From Candidatus Undinarchaeota archaeon (GTDB lineage: Archaea > Undinarchaeota > Undinarchaeia > Undinarchaeales > UBA543): a DNA stretch of 64,000 nucleotides. Made by a program: the position numbers and the translations under genes. The stretch covers positions 4,328-68,327 of the forward strand of contig CAZMMZ010000003.1 of the NCBI GenBank assembly GCA_964567575.1, written 5' to 3'. The notes under the pieces are model-generated. The model saw only the letters and a list, made by a program, of their open reading frames with translations. It searched no databases and was not told where the DNA came from. Shown here piece after piece: positions 32,471 through 42,382 of this stretch. Every line of letters starts with the position of its first letter. The stretch's first letter is position 1.

Positions 32471-34132
32471 ATGACACAACTAACAGGACAACCAATTGTA
32501 ATTATGTCTGATAAAGCAAACCGCACACGCGGACGAGATGCACAGCGCATGAATATCATGGCTGGCAAAATCGTAGCTGAAGCAGTTAAATCAACACTAG
32601 GACCAAAAGGAATGGACAAGATGCTTGTCGATTCACTTGGCGACGTCGTCATCACAAATGACGGTGCTACTATTCTTAAAGAAATGGATATCCAGCACCC
32701 AGCTGCAAAGATGATGGTTGAAGTTTCCAAAGCTCAGGAAGATGAGGTCGGAGACGGAACAACCACAGCAGTTGTTGTTGCAGGCGAGCTTCTCAAAAAA
32801 GCAGAAGACTTACTTGAAATGGATATTCATCCAACAGTGATTGCACGCGGTTACAGAATGGCAAATGACGAGGCACAGAAGTTCCTCGAAGCAACTGCTG
32901 ACACAATCTCAAAAGATGATACAGACACTCTAGAGAAAATCGCAATGACAGCAATGACTGGAAAATCCGCAGAACGCGCACGAGAAAGTCTTGCAAAACT
33001 TGCAGTAAAAGCAGTTTCTCTTGTTGCAGATGAATCAAATGGAAAAATTTCAATTGACTCAGATAACATCAAAATCGAAAAGAAAGAAGGTGGATCAATT
33101 GATGATTCAGAATTGATTAGCGGTATAATTCTTGACAAAGAGCGCGTGCACAACGGCATGCCAGAAAAAGTTTCAAGTGCAAAAATCGCTTTAGTTGATT
33201 CAGCTCTTGAAATTAAGAAAACAGAAACTGATGCAAAGTACAATATTAATGATCCAGCTCAGCTTCAAAGTTTCCTTGAACATGAAGAAGGAATGTTGAA
33301 GAAAATGGTTGAGCAGATTAAAGCAAGCACCGCAACAGTCTTGTTTTGTCAAAAAGGAATCGATGATCTTGCACAACACTTCCTTGCAAAGGAAGGAATT
33401 TTCGCAGTTCGCAGAGTAAAGAAAAGCGACATGGAAAAACTTGCTCGTGCAACCGGTGGAAAAGTTATGACAAGCATCGACGATTTAAGTTCAACTGATC
33501 TTGGAAACGCTGGAATTGTTGAAGCTCGCAAAATCGGTGGAGATGACATGATTTTTGTAACAGAATGTGTTTCACCAAAAGCAGTTTCAATTCTAATTCG
33601 CGGCGGAACCGAGCATGTTGTGGACGAAGTTGATCGCGCATTACAAGATGCAATCGGCGGAGTTTCAGCAAGCATTGAAACCGGCAAAATTGTTGCTGGT
33701 GGTGGAGCAATTGAAATTGAACTTGCAAAAGCACTCAAGGCTGCAGCTGAGAAAGTCTCAGGACGAGAACAGCTAGCAATGACTGCTTTCGCAGAAGCAA
33801 TTGAAGTAATTCCACGAACTCTTGCAGAGAACGCAGGACTTGATTCAATTGACAAACTTGTTGAGCTAAGATCAATGCATGAAACACCAGAAGGCAAGAA
33901 CAACGGCCTTGATGTTTTCGCAAACACAGTAAAAGACATGAAAGCAGAAGGTGTTATTGAACCGCTCAAAATTAAAACACAAGCAATTAAGTCAGCTTCT
34001 GAAGCTGCAGAAATGATTCTTCGAATTGACGATGTAATCAGTGCAAAAGGTTTCAGTGGTGGCGGAGATGCAGGCGGAGCAATGCCTCCAGGAATGCCCC
34101 CAGGAATGGGCGGAATGCCTGGCATGATGTAG
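32471..34132 (+). CDS. ths: Thermosome subunit (group II chaperonin)
   Basis: [52 protein letters not shown] and a C-terminal GGMPGMM tail. Confidence 0.97.
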   Translation: MTQLTGQPIVIMSDKANRTRGRDAQRMNIMAGKIVAEAVKSTLGPKGMDKMLVDSLGDVVITNDGATILKEMDIQHPAAKMMVEVSKAQEDEVGDGTTTAVVVAGELLKKAEDLLEMDIHPTVIARGYRMANDEAQKFLEATADTISKDDTDTLEKIAMTAMTGKSAERARESLAKLAVKAVSLVADESNGKISIDSDNIKIEKKEGGSIDDSELISGIILDKERVHNGMPEKVSSAKIALVDSALEIKKTETDAKYNINDPAQLQSFLEHEEGMLKKMVEQIKASTATVLFCQKGIDDLAQHFLAKEGIFAVRRVKKSDMEKLARATGGKVMTSIDDLSSTDLGNAGIVEARKIGGDDMIFVTECVSPKAVSILIRGGTEHVVDEVDRALQDAIGGVSASIETGKIVAGGGAIEIELAKALKAAAEKVSGREQLAMTAFAEAIEVIPRTLAENAGLDSIDKLVELRSMHETPEGKNNGLDVFANTVKDMKAEGVIEPLKIKTQAIKSASEAAEMILRIDDVISAKGFSGGGDAGGAMPPGMPPGMGGMPGMM

Positions 34133-34151
34133 GTTCGTAAAAACTAATCTT

Positions 34152-34187
34152 AAGCTCTGGTGTAAAAACCAGGGCTTACTCTTTTTC
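34152..34187 (+). terminator. Hairpin plus T-tract downstream of the thermosome gene
   Basis: AAGCTCTGGT-GTAAAA-ACCAGGGCTT gives a 10-bp stem with one G-T pair, followed by ACTCTTTTTC. Confidence 0.5.
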
Positions 34188-34246
34188 TAACTTTTCATAC
34201 TTAAAAACCTTTAAATACCCAGATTGCTTATTCGCTTTGATGCAAT

Positions 34247-34903
34247 ATGCCTGAGAAATCTCAAATGTACGAGATCGTCCCCGTGGACCCTCTTTCTAAG
34301 CTTCAGAAGAAGCACCAGACACTTGAAGAAGATATTCGAGAGATTAAATCGGCTCTTAGAGGAACCGTTGGACTTTCTAAAATAGAATCAAATGCAGATC
34401 AATTCATTCAGCGAATGCTTGAGCTTATGACATCCTCTCAGAAAATGGTTGAAGAAGTCGCCAGCTCAAATCAGAAGGTTGCGACACGAATTCAAGCAGC
34501 AATTGACAAGATGAATCAAGTAAATGAAGAATTATCAGTCAAACTCACACAAATTCTCAACTTCTTTGCACAGGCCACAGATGCAATGACAGATGGGGGT
34601 GATTCCGAATCCTCTGATGATCTTGTTGATTCTCTTAATAATCTCAAAAAGATAATGGAAGGGCTTGCAGAAAGCAATGCAAAAACAAATCAGGTTCTCG
34701 GGTCACTTGATACTCATTTGAAGAAAAGAGTAGCAAGGCGAAGGCCAAGTCAAATGCAGAGGTTGCCTTCATTGGTTGGAATACCACCAGCTGCTCCTCC
34801 ACAAGCGCCACCTGCATCACAACAAGGACAAGCACAAGGGCAAAGAAAAGCTCCAGCGCAAGGCGGAGAACCAGATCTTCCACCGCCCCCCTTTCCTCCT
34901 TAA
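34247..34903 (+). CDS. Coiled-coil protein with a Pro/Gln-rich C-terminus; first gene of the pilus operon
   Basis: Helical for ~170 aa, then PPAAPPQAPPASQQGQAQGQ...PPPPFPP. There is a 3-nt gap to the next gene. Confidence 0.5.
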   Translation: MPEKSQMYEIVPVDPLSKLQKKHQTLEEDIREIKSALRGTVGLSKIESNADQFIQRMLELMTSSQKMVEEVASSNQKVATRIQAAIDKMNQVNEELSVKLTQILNFFAQATDAMTDGGDSESSDDLVDSLNNLKKIMEGLAESNAKTNQVLGSLDTHLKKRVARRRPSQMQRLPSLVGIPPAAPPQAPPASQQGQAQGQRKAPAQGGEPDLPPPPFPP

Positions 34904-34906
34904 ACA

Positions 34907-35116
34907 ATGACAACTAGAAAAGCACACAAAATCGTGATACAACTCATAATCATACTAGCTTTTGTATTTGGATTAATAGTTGCACTTATTGCACGACAAA
35001 CCGGTAGCTACGAAGTCGGAATAATTTTTGTCGGAGCTGTTCAGATAATAATTCTTCTAGCAATTCTTTATGTACTTGAACATGTTATTGAATTTATGGA
35101 GGTTCATGTTAAATGA
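34907..35116 (+). CDS. Small membrane protein (2 TM helices)
   Basis: 69 aa, hydrophobic, with a 4-nt overlap with the following pilin gene. Confidence 0.45.
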   Translation: MTTRKAHKIVIQLIIILAFVFGLIVALIARQTGSYEVGIIFVGAVQIIILLAILYVLEHVIEFMEVHVK

Positions 35117-35619
35117 AGTCGCATCGCAAAAAAATGCAGAATAGAAAAGGCATAACCCCAATCATCTCAGTTATTCTACTCCTTATGATGACCATTGCTA
35201 TTGCTGGTCTTGCTTATTCCTGGCTTCAGAAAATGCAAGGAAGCATAACAACTTCAACAGAAAACAGGACTGCAGAATTGCTCGGTGGTTTGAAAATTGA
35301 GCTCAAGGTTGATGGTTATTACATGAATTGTACAACTGGTTCTAACTTGACAACCTTCTATGTCAGAAACGCAGGAAGCGAAGCTGCGTCAAATGCGAGA
35401 ATATTTGCTGACGATCAGTTCTTTGTCAATGGTACCGGAGGTACTAACTCGACATACGGAACAATTTCAGCAGGTCAAATGGTAACCTTTGCAATAAATG
35501 CAACCGATGGTTGCAACTTCTTTAATGAAACTCCTAGAACTATCAAAGTTGTCAGTGACCGCTCAACTGTTGAAAAGGCATTCACCTTCACCTGTTCTGA
35601 AGGCAATTGTATAGGTTAA
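35113..35619 (+). CDS. Type IV pilin-like protein (class III signal peptide, KG-type)
   Basis: MKSHRKKMQNRKG / ITPIISVILLLMMTIAIAGLAY: a basic leader, Gly at -1 and a hydrophobic helix, followed by a beta-rich domain with N-x-S/T sequons. Confidence 0.75.
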   Translation: MKSHRKKMQNRKGITPIISVILLLMMTIAIAGLAYSWLQKMQGSITTSTENRTAELLGGLKIELKVDGYYMNCTTGSNLTTFYVRNAGSEAASNARIFADDQFFVNGTGGTNSTYGTISAGQMVTFAINATDGCNFFNETPRTIKVVSDRSTVEKAFTFTCSEGNCIG

Positions 35620-35657
35620 TCGAATTCTAAAACCTTATAACTATCTCAAGATTATCC

Positions 35658-36317
35658 ATGATTATGTATCCTTCTTCGAGAAAAGCGCAGTCTGAAGTTT
35701 TGTCAAAAGTAGTAGTTGTCCTTATACTGTTGGCTCTTTCTTCATTCGCATATACATGGGGTTCAAATCTTATTGAAGCTCAAAAAATGCGATCTGAAGT
35801 TGAGGAAATCCAATCAAAATTTTTAGAATTGAAAACAAAAATCACTGAAGTTGCAAATGCAGGAAATGGCTCTGCAAGATTTGTTGATTTGAAACTCGAG
35901 TATGGTATTCTTTCAATTGAACCTGGCGAGCCTTGCAGTGGAACTGATCCAGATAATAATATGCTTCGCTATGTTCTTTCAACTAAAGATAATTTTGTTG
36001 ATTCTTTAACCTGGGCTCTTTCAGATTCTGCTAATAAAAATCTTAATTGCATAGCTCCTTACGAAAACAGTAGTTCCGGAATTATAATTTCAAAATCCAC
36101 AGTCTCCGAAGGTTTAAGCATGAATGAATATGCGTTGTGGTTCCGCAAATTGAATCAGTCTGGAAATACAAATCAATTTTTAATTAATCTCACAACAGGG
36201 TCAGCAGATTCAGATATGCGTCTCACAGCTGGCTCACATCAAATTCGAGTTGAATCTCAAGGATCTGTCCAAGTCGGCACATCCTCTTACACAAAAGTGT
36301 TGATAAGTGATGTATGA
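35658..36317 (+). CDS. Type IV pilin-like protein (class III signal peptide, KA/Q-type)
   Basis: MIMYPSSRKA / QSEVLSKVVVVLILLALSSFAY: Gln at +1 and Glu at +3, DUF361-like. Confidence 0.7.
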   Translation: MIMYPSSRKAQSEVLSKVVVVLILLALSSFAYTWGSNLIEAQKMRSEVEEIQSKFLELKTKITEVANAGNGSARFVDLKLEYGILSIEPGEPCSGTDPDNNMLRYVLSTKDNFVDSLTWALSDSANKNLNCIAPYENSSSGIIISKSTVSEGLSMNEYALWFRKLNQSGNTNQFLINLTTGSADSDMRLTAGSHQIRVESQGSVQVGTSSYTKVLISDV

Positions 36318-37000
36318 ATTTCAAAAATAAAAAAGCACAAGCAGAATTGATTTCATTTGTCCTAGTTGCAATCATAGTTATTATTGTCGTTCTTGCTTCA
36401 TATGCGTGGGGTTCTCAAATTCTTGATGATCGAAAAGAATCTTATGCAGCTACAAAAATGCGAGATAAAATGTTCGAGATTCGCGAAGCTGTTATGAGTG
36501 TTGCGCAAGAAGGTGCGAATTCAACTCGCGTTGTTTCTGTTATTATTGAAGATGGGAAATTATATCTTGACACGAGTTTCATTCCAGTTTCGTGCGGTCA
36601 GGCGCGGGCAGATAATGGAATTATTTATGAAATTGCAACAAAGGAGCAAATTGTTAATTCAGAATCATGGGCCAATGTTGATCCATATGAAAATGAAACC
36701 GGTGATCTGTGTACTGTTGGCGGTCCATCTCTAAGTTATCCTGGAGTTTTATTTGCACGGCATCGAGGAACTGGTGAAAATGGAAAATATTTGAATCAAT
36801 ATCTACTTTCATTTAGAAATCTCAAGGACATTAGCACCGGCGAGAGTCACATAATCCGCATTGGTTCTTCAGAAATCGGGCAAAACACAACTGGAATTGG
36901 TGAAGGAAAACACAATATTCTTATTCGTAATAACGCGATTACTTTTGATTCTGCAAATTCTCGGTGGACACATGAGATTTCACTGATTTTCGACCCATAA
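36314..37000 (+). CDS. Type IV pilin-like protein (KA/Q-type), paralogue of the preceding gene
   Basis: MNFKNKKA / QAELISFVLVAIIVIIVVLASYAWGSQILD. It shares YxWGSxxI(E/D) and later blocks with 35658-36317. Confidence 0.7.
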   Translation: MNFKNKKAQAELISFVLVAIIVIIVVLASYAWGSQILDDRKESYAATKMRDKMFEIREAVMSVAQEGANSTRVVSVIIEDGKLYLDTSFIPVSCGQARADNGIIYEIATKEQIVNSESWANVDPYENETGDLCTVGGPSLSYPGVLFARHRGTGENGKYLNQYLLSFRNLKDISTGESHIIRIGSSEIGQNTTGIGEGKHNILIRNNAITFDSANSRWTHEISLIFDP

Positions 37001-37046
37001 AGCGAATACACTAAACCTTTTATACTGAAAACGATTATCTCGATTA

Positions 37047-37484
37047 ATGAGAAACTGTAAGGGTGTCAGCACTATTATGGAGCAGGTCTTCATCCTGATG
37101 TTTGGTGTCCTGTTATTGATAACTGTAGTGGTGACATTCTCAGACTTAAAGGACGATACTGTCGAGTACTCGGCAATTCCTCAGTATGAGGCAGTTGCTC
37201 AGCATATGCACGCTGTTGTTATTTCAGCGCAGGAACAAATGCAATTGGCTGAATCAGGATACATCGGCTTCACAATACCGCGTGAAATCGCTGGGAAAAA
37301 CTACATAATGCGTTTCAATAATACGCACATACGGGTTGAGGATTTCCAGCAGGAAATAAACCAGACTGTTCTGCTTGCGCAGAGTAACATAACAGTATCT
37401 GGAAATGTCAGTTCTTCTGACAGCGGAAAAGCACGCGCATATTTCAATACAACTGAAAGGAGTGTAACATTCACAACGATATGA
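37047..37484 (+). CDS. Type IV pilin-like protein (KG-type)
   Basis: MRNCKG / VSTIMEQVFILMFGVLLLITVVV. Confidence 0.6.
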   Translation: MRNCKGVSTIMEQVFILMFGVLLLITVVVTFSDLKDDTVEYSAIPQYEAVAQHMHAVVISAQEQMQLAESGYIGFTIPREIAGKNYIMRFNNTHIRVEDFQQEINQTVLLAQSNITVSGNVSSSDSGKARAYFNTTERSVTFTTI

Positions 37485-39568
37485 ACAGAAACTTCAAGCG
37501 TTTTCTAAAGCATGCGGCAAGCGCCGTGAAAGAGCACCATGATAATGAGATTTTGAAAAAAGCTCACGTTGCTCCAGTTTCACATTCTAAACCAAAACCA
37601 GAAGAAAAACCAAAAGCAGTCGCACCTAAAAAACCAATTAATATTCACGAGGATTTGAAAAAAGAAGGAGTTCCTGCAGAACTCAGTCACAAGATGCACA
37701 AAGTTGTTGAAGATCATCCTGACAGCGATGCAAAAGAAGTTCTTGGTGGTGCAATACAACAAGCAATTGAACACAAGAAGAAAGGGAACATTATGCCAGA
37801 AGGTCTTACAAAGATTGTTGAAGAGGCAGTTGCTGAACAAGAGAAAGGTGTTTCAAAAGAAGAGCTCAGTGATCTTATTTCTGAAATTATGAAATCTGAA
37901 TTGGCAAAAGTTGAGTCAATGAAAACTCATTACAAAGAATCTCATCCTGAAGCGCCAATTGAAGATTCACGCCTTGCAGGTGGAATTCCGGATGTTGCAA
38001 TGCCGGTTCCTTCAACTATTAAGCAAGATATTATTCAAGCAGAATCAAAAGGTCTTGCTGTTGACATAGATCTTACAAAAACCAACATCACGTACCCGCT
38101 TATTTACAGTGGGGGGAAAGTTCATGTTTATGCAAATATCAGATACGATCCAACAATGCATCATTTAACTTTCCGAGTTATTGAACCGCAATTAAGTGCA
38201 GAAGAGCAAAAGCAATTGGCGAAAATTGAGAACACACTTATTGAAGAACTTGAAGTTGATTTCTCAGCTCTCAAAAAACAAACTGCTGAAAAATATCTTT
38301 TTGAAAAAATTAACAGTGTTATTGAATATTACGGAATGAAAATGACTTCGCGCACTAAGGAAATTATGGATTATTATATCAAACGAGATTTCATTGGACT
38401 CGGTCCAATTGAACCGATGTTCCAGGATCTTAATATTGAGGATATTTCCTGTGACGGAACTGGAATTCCAATTTATGTTTATCACCGCGATCCTCGATTC
38501 GGTTCTCTTCGTTCAACAATTTCTTTCAAGGAGGAGGATTCTTTAGATTCATTTGTAATGAAGCTCGCACAGCGGTGCGGCCGTTCGATTTCTGTTGCAG
38601 ATCCTTTGCTTGATGGTGCGCTTCCGGATGGATCTCGTGTTCAGGCCACATTTGGTACTGGCATTTCTATGAAAGGTTCAAACTTCACAATCCGAAAATT
38701 CACTAAAGATCCTCTTACTTTTGTTGATCTTGTAAAGTACGGGACAGTCAGTGCAGAGCTTCTTGCATATTTGTGGCTTGCAATGGAACACAACAAATCA
38801 GTTCTTATTGCCGGACCAACTGCTTCTGGAAAAACAACAATGCTTAATGCGCTCTCGCTTTTCATTCGACCTGAATTAAAAATTGTTTCAATTGAGGATA
38901 CGCCCGAATTGAGACTGCCACATGAGAACTGGATTTCTCAGGTTTCAAGAACTGGTTTCGGCCCTGAGGGAGCTTCTGGAAAGAAGCTTGGGGAGATTTC
39001 GCTTTTCGATTTGCTTAAGGCATCGTTGCGTCAAAGACCAGATGAGATAATTGTCGGAGAGGTTCGTGGTAAAGAGGCGTATGTTCTCTTCCAGCAAATC
39101 GCTACCGGTCACCCTGGTATGAGCACGATTCACGCAGAATCTATGGAAGCTGTTATCAACAGACTTACAACTCCTCCAATTTCTTTGCCAGCAAGTTTGA
39201 TTCAGCACCTTGATATCCTTCTTGTTATGACTCGACAAAGAATGGAAGGAAAATACAAAAGACGAATTAAAGAAGCCGTTGAGGTTATTGGTTACGATAC
39301 AAATAAGGATAGACCGTTCTTGAATATTCCTTATCATTGGATTCCTTCTGAAGATAAATTTGAATATAATGGAAAGAGTGGAATTCTCAAGGAGATAATG
39401 GAAACAATCGGAGCTTCTCCAGAGGGAATTTTCGGAGAAATTGACCGCCGAGTTAAAGTAATTGAGTGGATGGTTCGGTCAGGAATTCGCGATTACAAAA
39501 ACGTGGGCAAAGTGGTGAGTGAATATTACCAGAGCCCGCAAACTGTTCTGGAGAGAATAGATATCTAA
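37481..39568 (+). CDS. Type II/IV secretion-family assembly ATPase (FlaI/EpdL/PilB-like) with a ~200-aa K/E-rich N-terminal extension
   Basis: Walker A IAGPTASGKTTMLNAL, Walker B and Asp box ...PDEIIVGEVRG, His box TGHPGMSTIHA. Confidence 0.9.
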   Translation: MNRNFKRFLKHAASAVKEHHDNEILKKAHVAPVSHSKPKPEEKPKAVAPKKPINIHEDLKKEGVPAELSHKMHKVVEDHPDSDAKEVLGGAIQQAIEHKKKGNIMPEGLTKIVEEAVAEQEKGVSKEELSDLISEIMKSELAKVESMKTHYKESHPEAPIEDSRLAGGIPDVAMPVPSTIKQDIIQAESKGLAVDIDLTKTNITYPLIYSGGKVHVYANIRYDPTMHHLTFRVIEPQLSAEEQKQLAKIENTLIEELEVDFSALKKQTAEKYLFEKINSVIEYYGMKMTSRTKEIMDYYIKRDFIGLGPIEPMFQDLNIEDISCDGTGIPIYVYHRDPRFGSLRSTISFKEEDSLDSFVMKLAQRCGRSISVADPLLDGALPDGSRVQATFGTGISMKGSNFTIRKFTKDPLTFVDLVKYGTVSAELLAYLWLAMEHNKSVLIAGPTASGKTTMLNALSLFIRPELKIVSIEDTPELRLPHENWISQVSRTGFGPEGASGKKLGEISLFDLLKASLRQRPDEIIVGEVRGKEAYVLFQQIATGHPGMSTIHAESMEAVINRLTTPPISLPASLIQHLDILLVMTRQRMEGKYKRRIKEAVEVIGYDTNKDRPFLNIPYHWIPSEDKFEYNGKSGILKEIMETIGASPEGIFGEIDRRVKVIEWMVRSGIRDYKNVGKVVSEYYQSPQTVLERIDI

Positions 39569-39569
39569 G

Positions 39570-40439
39570 ATGGACTTGAAAAAGGAATACAAACAACTTG
39601 CTGCCAGACTTTTTAATACGTTTGTTGATTCTTATCTCTCTAAATTTTCTTGGGTGAAAAAGGATCTTCGTAAAGCAGGTATCAAAATCATGCTTCGGGA
39701 GTATCTTAGTATTGCTTTACTGACAACAATTTTGCTTATTCCAGTTTGGTTTATTGTTATTTTCTTTTTCATGACACTTTTTAGTATTCCAGCGCCGATT
39801 TTGTCAACACTTCTCTTAACAATTCTTTTAACAGGAGGCACTGCGTTTCTTTCTCTAGAATATCCAGCTACAAAAGCAAAAGAGCGCGCGCGGAATATTG
39901 ATAATAATCTTCCTTTCGCTTGCCTTTACATGAACACAATTGCAGGCACTGGCGCTGCTCCCCATCTGATTTTTAAATTCCTTTCTGAATTCAAAGAATA
40001 TGGAGCTGTTTCTGAAGAAGCTAAGAAAATAAATGATGACATTGAAGTGATGGGTGAGGATATTGAAAAAGCGCTTCGCCGCGCTGCTCGCGAAACACCA
40101 TCTGAGAATTTAAGAGATTTGCTTTGGGGTATGATCACTACAATTGTTCAGGGTGGTGATTTGAAATCACTTCTTGATGCAAAATCGCATCACTTGATGG
40201 AAGCGTATCGCCGAAAGCTTGAGGATTTCACTACTAATGTTAGCATGTATGTTGAGATTTACATCACTGTTGTGATTGTCGGCTCGATATTTTCAATTGT
40301 TATGATGACGATTATGGGTGCCATATCAGGTTTCGGAACTTTGCAAGCGTTCCAGACTTTAATGGTTTACGTGTTCCTTCCAGTTGCATCTATTGTATTC
40401 ATATTCCTACTGAGATTAATTTCTCCACTTTCAAAATAA
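39570..40439 (+). CDS. T2SS-F/TadB-like pilus platform membrane protein (one T2SSF domain)
   Basis: LPFACLYMNTIAGTGAAP...ALRRAARETPSENLRDLLWGMITTIVQGGDL flanked by TM helices. Confidence 0.8.
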   Translation: MDLKKEYKQLAARLFNTFVDSYLSKFSWVKKDLRKAGIKIMLREYLSIALLTTILLIPVWFIVIFFFMTLFSIPAPILSTLLLTILLTGGTAFLSLEYPATKAKERARNIDNNLPFACLYMNTIAGTGAAPHLIFKFLSEFKEYGAVSEEAKKINDDIEVMGEDIEKALRRAARETPSENLRDLLWGMITTIVQGGDLKSLLDAKSHHLMEAYRRKLEDFTTNVSMYVEIYITVVIVGSIFSIVMMTIMGAISGFGTLQAFQTLMVYVFLPVASIVFIFLLRLISPLSK

Positions 40440-40440
40440 A

Positions 40441-41316
40441 ATGGCAATAAATCCGTTTAACAAAGAAGAAAGAACCCCTGCAGATAAAGGGGACCTTATT
40501 CTTGGTCTTGAGAAACGGTATGCAGTGCTTATATTTTCTGGGATGGGTGCGGCTTTCACTTTTGTTATGATGGTTCTTTTTGCACCATCTGATATGTTTG
40601 GTTTTTCTGTTGGAGTTGCACTTACTGTTGCATTTGTTCCGTATTCGATTTACGCATACCTTGAAAAGAAAGCAATTATTGACATGGAGAAGAATTTGCC
40701 ATCATTCCTTCGCGATATTGCAGAGTCTAGGAAAACTGGAATGACTTTGCCGCAGGCCTTGTACAAGAGCGCGCAGGTTGATTATGGTAAACTTTCAGTT
40801 GAGTTGAAGAAAATGGCGAATCAGATTTCGTGGGGCGTTCCGTTCCATGATGTGCTTGCTCGATTTTCAAAACGATCAAAAAGTGGTTTCATTCAACGGT
40901 CAATTGCAATTATCATAGAAGCGCAACAAAGTGGTGGAGCTCTTGTTGAAACTCTTGATGCTGTTGCTCGTGATGCACGCATGTTAAAGGAAGCAGAAGC
41001 GGAACGTAAATCAAAATTGAATCAGCAGGCTGTTATTATTTATGCGATTTTCTTTTTGTTCATGATTATTGTTGTGGCTTTGCAGAAACTGATGATGCCT
41101 CTTATTTATTCTAAGGGTTTCGCGCTCGCAACTGAAGATCCAGATCTGATTATCAGCTACTATCAGAACTTATTCTTTTCAATGATTTTAATCCAAGGTC
41201 TTTTCAATGGAATGATTGCAGGGCAAATTGGAGAAGGTTCACCAATTCTTGGTTTGAAGCATAGTGCGATTTTCGTAATTGTGGGAGTGATGGTCTCATG
41301 GCTGTTTATATTTTGA
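40441..41316 (+). CDS. T2SS-F/TadC-like pilus platform membrane protein (one T2SSF domain)
   Basis: LPSFLRDIAESRKTGMTLPQALYKSA...FIQRSIAIIIEAQQSGGALVETLD flanked by TM helices. Confidence 0.8.
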   Translation: MAINPFNKEERTPADKGDLILGLEKRYAVLIFSGMGAAFTFVMMVLFAPSDMFGFSVGVALTVAFVPYSIYAYLEKKAIIDMEKNLPSFLRDIAESRKTGMTLPQALYKSAQVDYGKLSVELKKMANQISWGVPFHDVLARFSKRSKSGFIQRSIAIIIEAQQSGGALVETLDAVARDARMLKEAEAERKSKLNQQAVIIYAIFFLFMIIVVALQKLMMPLIYSKGFALATEDPDLIISYYQNLFFSMILIQGLFNGMIAGQIGEGSPILGLKHSAIFVIVGVMVSWLFIF

Positions 41317-41900
41317 AATTTGTGAAGGGGCTAAGGTGCAAGGGGGCTAAGGAGCTAAAGCAATATCCTAGCCCCATAGCTCCCTACTCGCCTAGCCCCC
41401 TTAACCAAAAGGCCCAGGTAAATTTCGGTTTCATTATAGCGGTTCTTCTGTTGATTGTTGTTATCATTACAGCAACTACTGGTGTTCTTGATAAGCTTCC
41501 ATCTATTAAACATGATGCAGAAACATCTGCAATGGCTCCACGCATTGAAGTTATTAGCAAGTTGTTGCTGGAAGATCCTGGATATCCTGCTACATGGACT
41601 TCTGCGAATGTCGAGCGCGTTGGTTTAATTCATCACAATTCTTACAATAACAAAACTAAATTTGGCCAGCTTAATTCCACAAAAATTAATTATGTTGCAA
41701 CTTTGTCATATGATACTATAGCGCATCAACTTGGTTTGTTTAATGATACGAATTTCCGTTTGCGCGTGTCAAATGCTAATATGATTCTTGATATTAATCA
41801 GAGTTTGCCTGGCAGTACTGCGAGTGTGTTTGTTTTGAATCGCGTGTTTTCACTTGATGGAACAAGTTTTGTTAATGCAACTTTGGAGGTGTGGGAATGA
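41298..41900 (+). CDS. Type IV pilin-like protein (KA/Q-type) with an unusually long leader
   Basis: ...SPLNQKA / QVNFGFIIAVLLLIVVIITATTG. The only in-frame starts upstream of the cleavage motif are ATG 41298, TTG 41313 and GTG 41322, which gives a leader of 29-37 aa. Confidence 0.6.
   Translation: MAVYILKFVKGLRCKGAKELKQYPSPIAPYSPSPLNQKAQVNFGFIIAVLLLIVVIITATTGVLDKLPSIKHDAETSAMAPRIEVISKLLLEDPGYPATWTSANVERVGLIHHNSYNNKTKFGQLNSTKINYVATLSYDTIAHQLGLFNDTNFRLRVSNANMILDINQSLPGSTASVFVLNRVFSLDGTSFVNATLEVWE
41322..41402. repeat. G+C-rich nested inverted repeats (2 forward + 2 reverse copies of GGGGCTA(A)GG)
   Basis: GGGGCTAAGG at 41327-41336 and GGGGGCTAAGG at 41342-41352. The reverse complements are CCTAGCCCC at 41367-41375 and CCTAGCCCCC at 41391-41400. 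In addition, GGAGCTA (41351-41357) pairs with TAGCTCC (41377-41383). Confidence 0.85.
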
Positions 41901-42382
41901 GAGCGCTTCGTAATAACAAAGGTTGGCTTCGAATTATTGAAATCGTTCTTGCAGCAACTTTGGTTTTCTCTTTTATGATGTTCATCTCTCGATTTGAGGG
42001 GGGTTCTCAAATCTCTCGGCCAGACACTGATGATTATTTGCTTCGGCAAATTGGCGAGGATGCGCTTCGCGCGTATGATATTACAGATACAGTTGGGGAT
42101 GCGAAAAGTGATTTAGCAACTGATGTGATTGAAGGAGATTGGACATCAATTGGTTCATATTTTGATGGGTCTCTTGAACAGAATATCGGATACGCTGTGT
42201 ACTTTTACAATGACACAAGCGGATATTCTGATGGTGAAGTTTACTTGGAAACTGGCACAACAAACATTCCTGTGAATCGCGATATTGCAACTGTGTATTA
42301 CATGATTGCTGGCGATTCAGGTTCTCATTGCAGTGATATTAATGCGTGCGCTGTAAAGCTCGACCTTTGGTATATGAAATGA
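41891..42382 (+). CDS. Type IV pilin-like protein (KG-type)
   Basis: MGMRALRNNKG / WLRIIEIVLAATLVFSFMMFI. Confidence 0.65.
   Translation: MGMRALRNNKGWLRIIEIVLAATLVFSFMMFISRFEGGSQISRPDTDDYLLRQIGEDALRAYDITDTVGDAKSDLATDVIEGDWTSIGSYFDGSLEQNIGYAVYFYNDTSGYSDGEVYLETGTTNIPVNRDIATVYYMIAGDSGSHCSDINACAVKLDLWYMK

Noticed and set aside
33349-34125. A 258-aa minus-strand ORF (with several shorter ones at 32793-33923) inside the thermosome gene.
   Set aside because: It is antisense to an unambiguous, full-length group II chaperonin. The translation is Ser/Ala/Pro/Ile-rich low complexity with no start context, so it is a typical shadow ORF.
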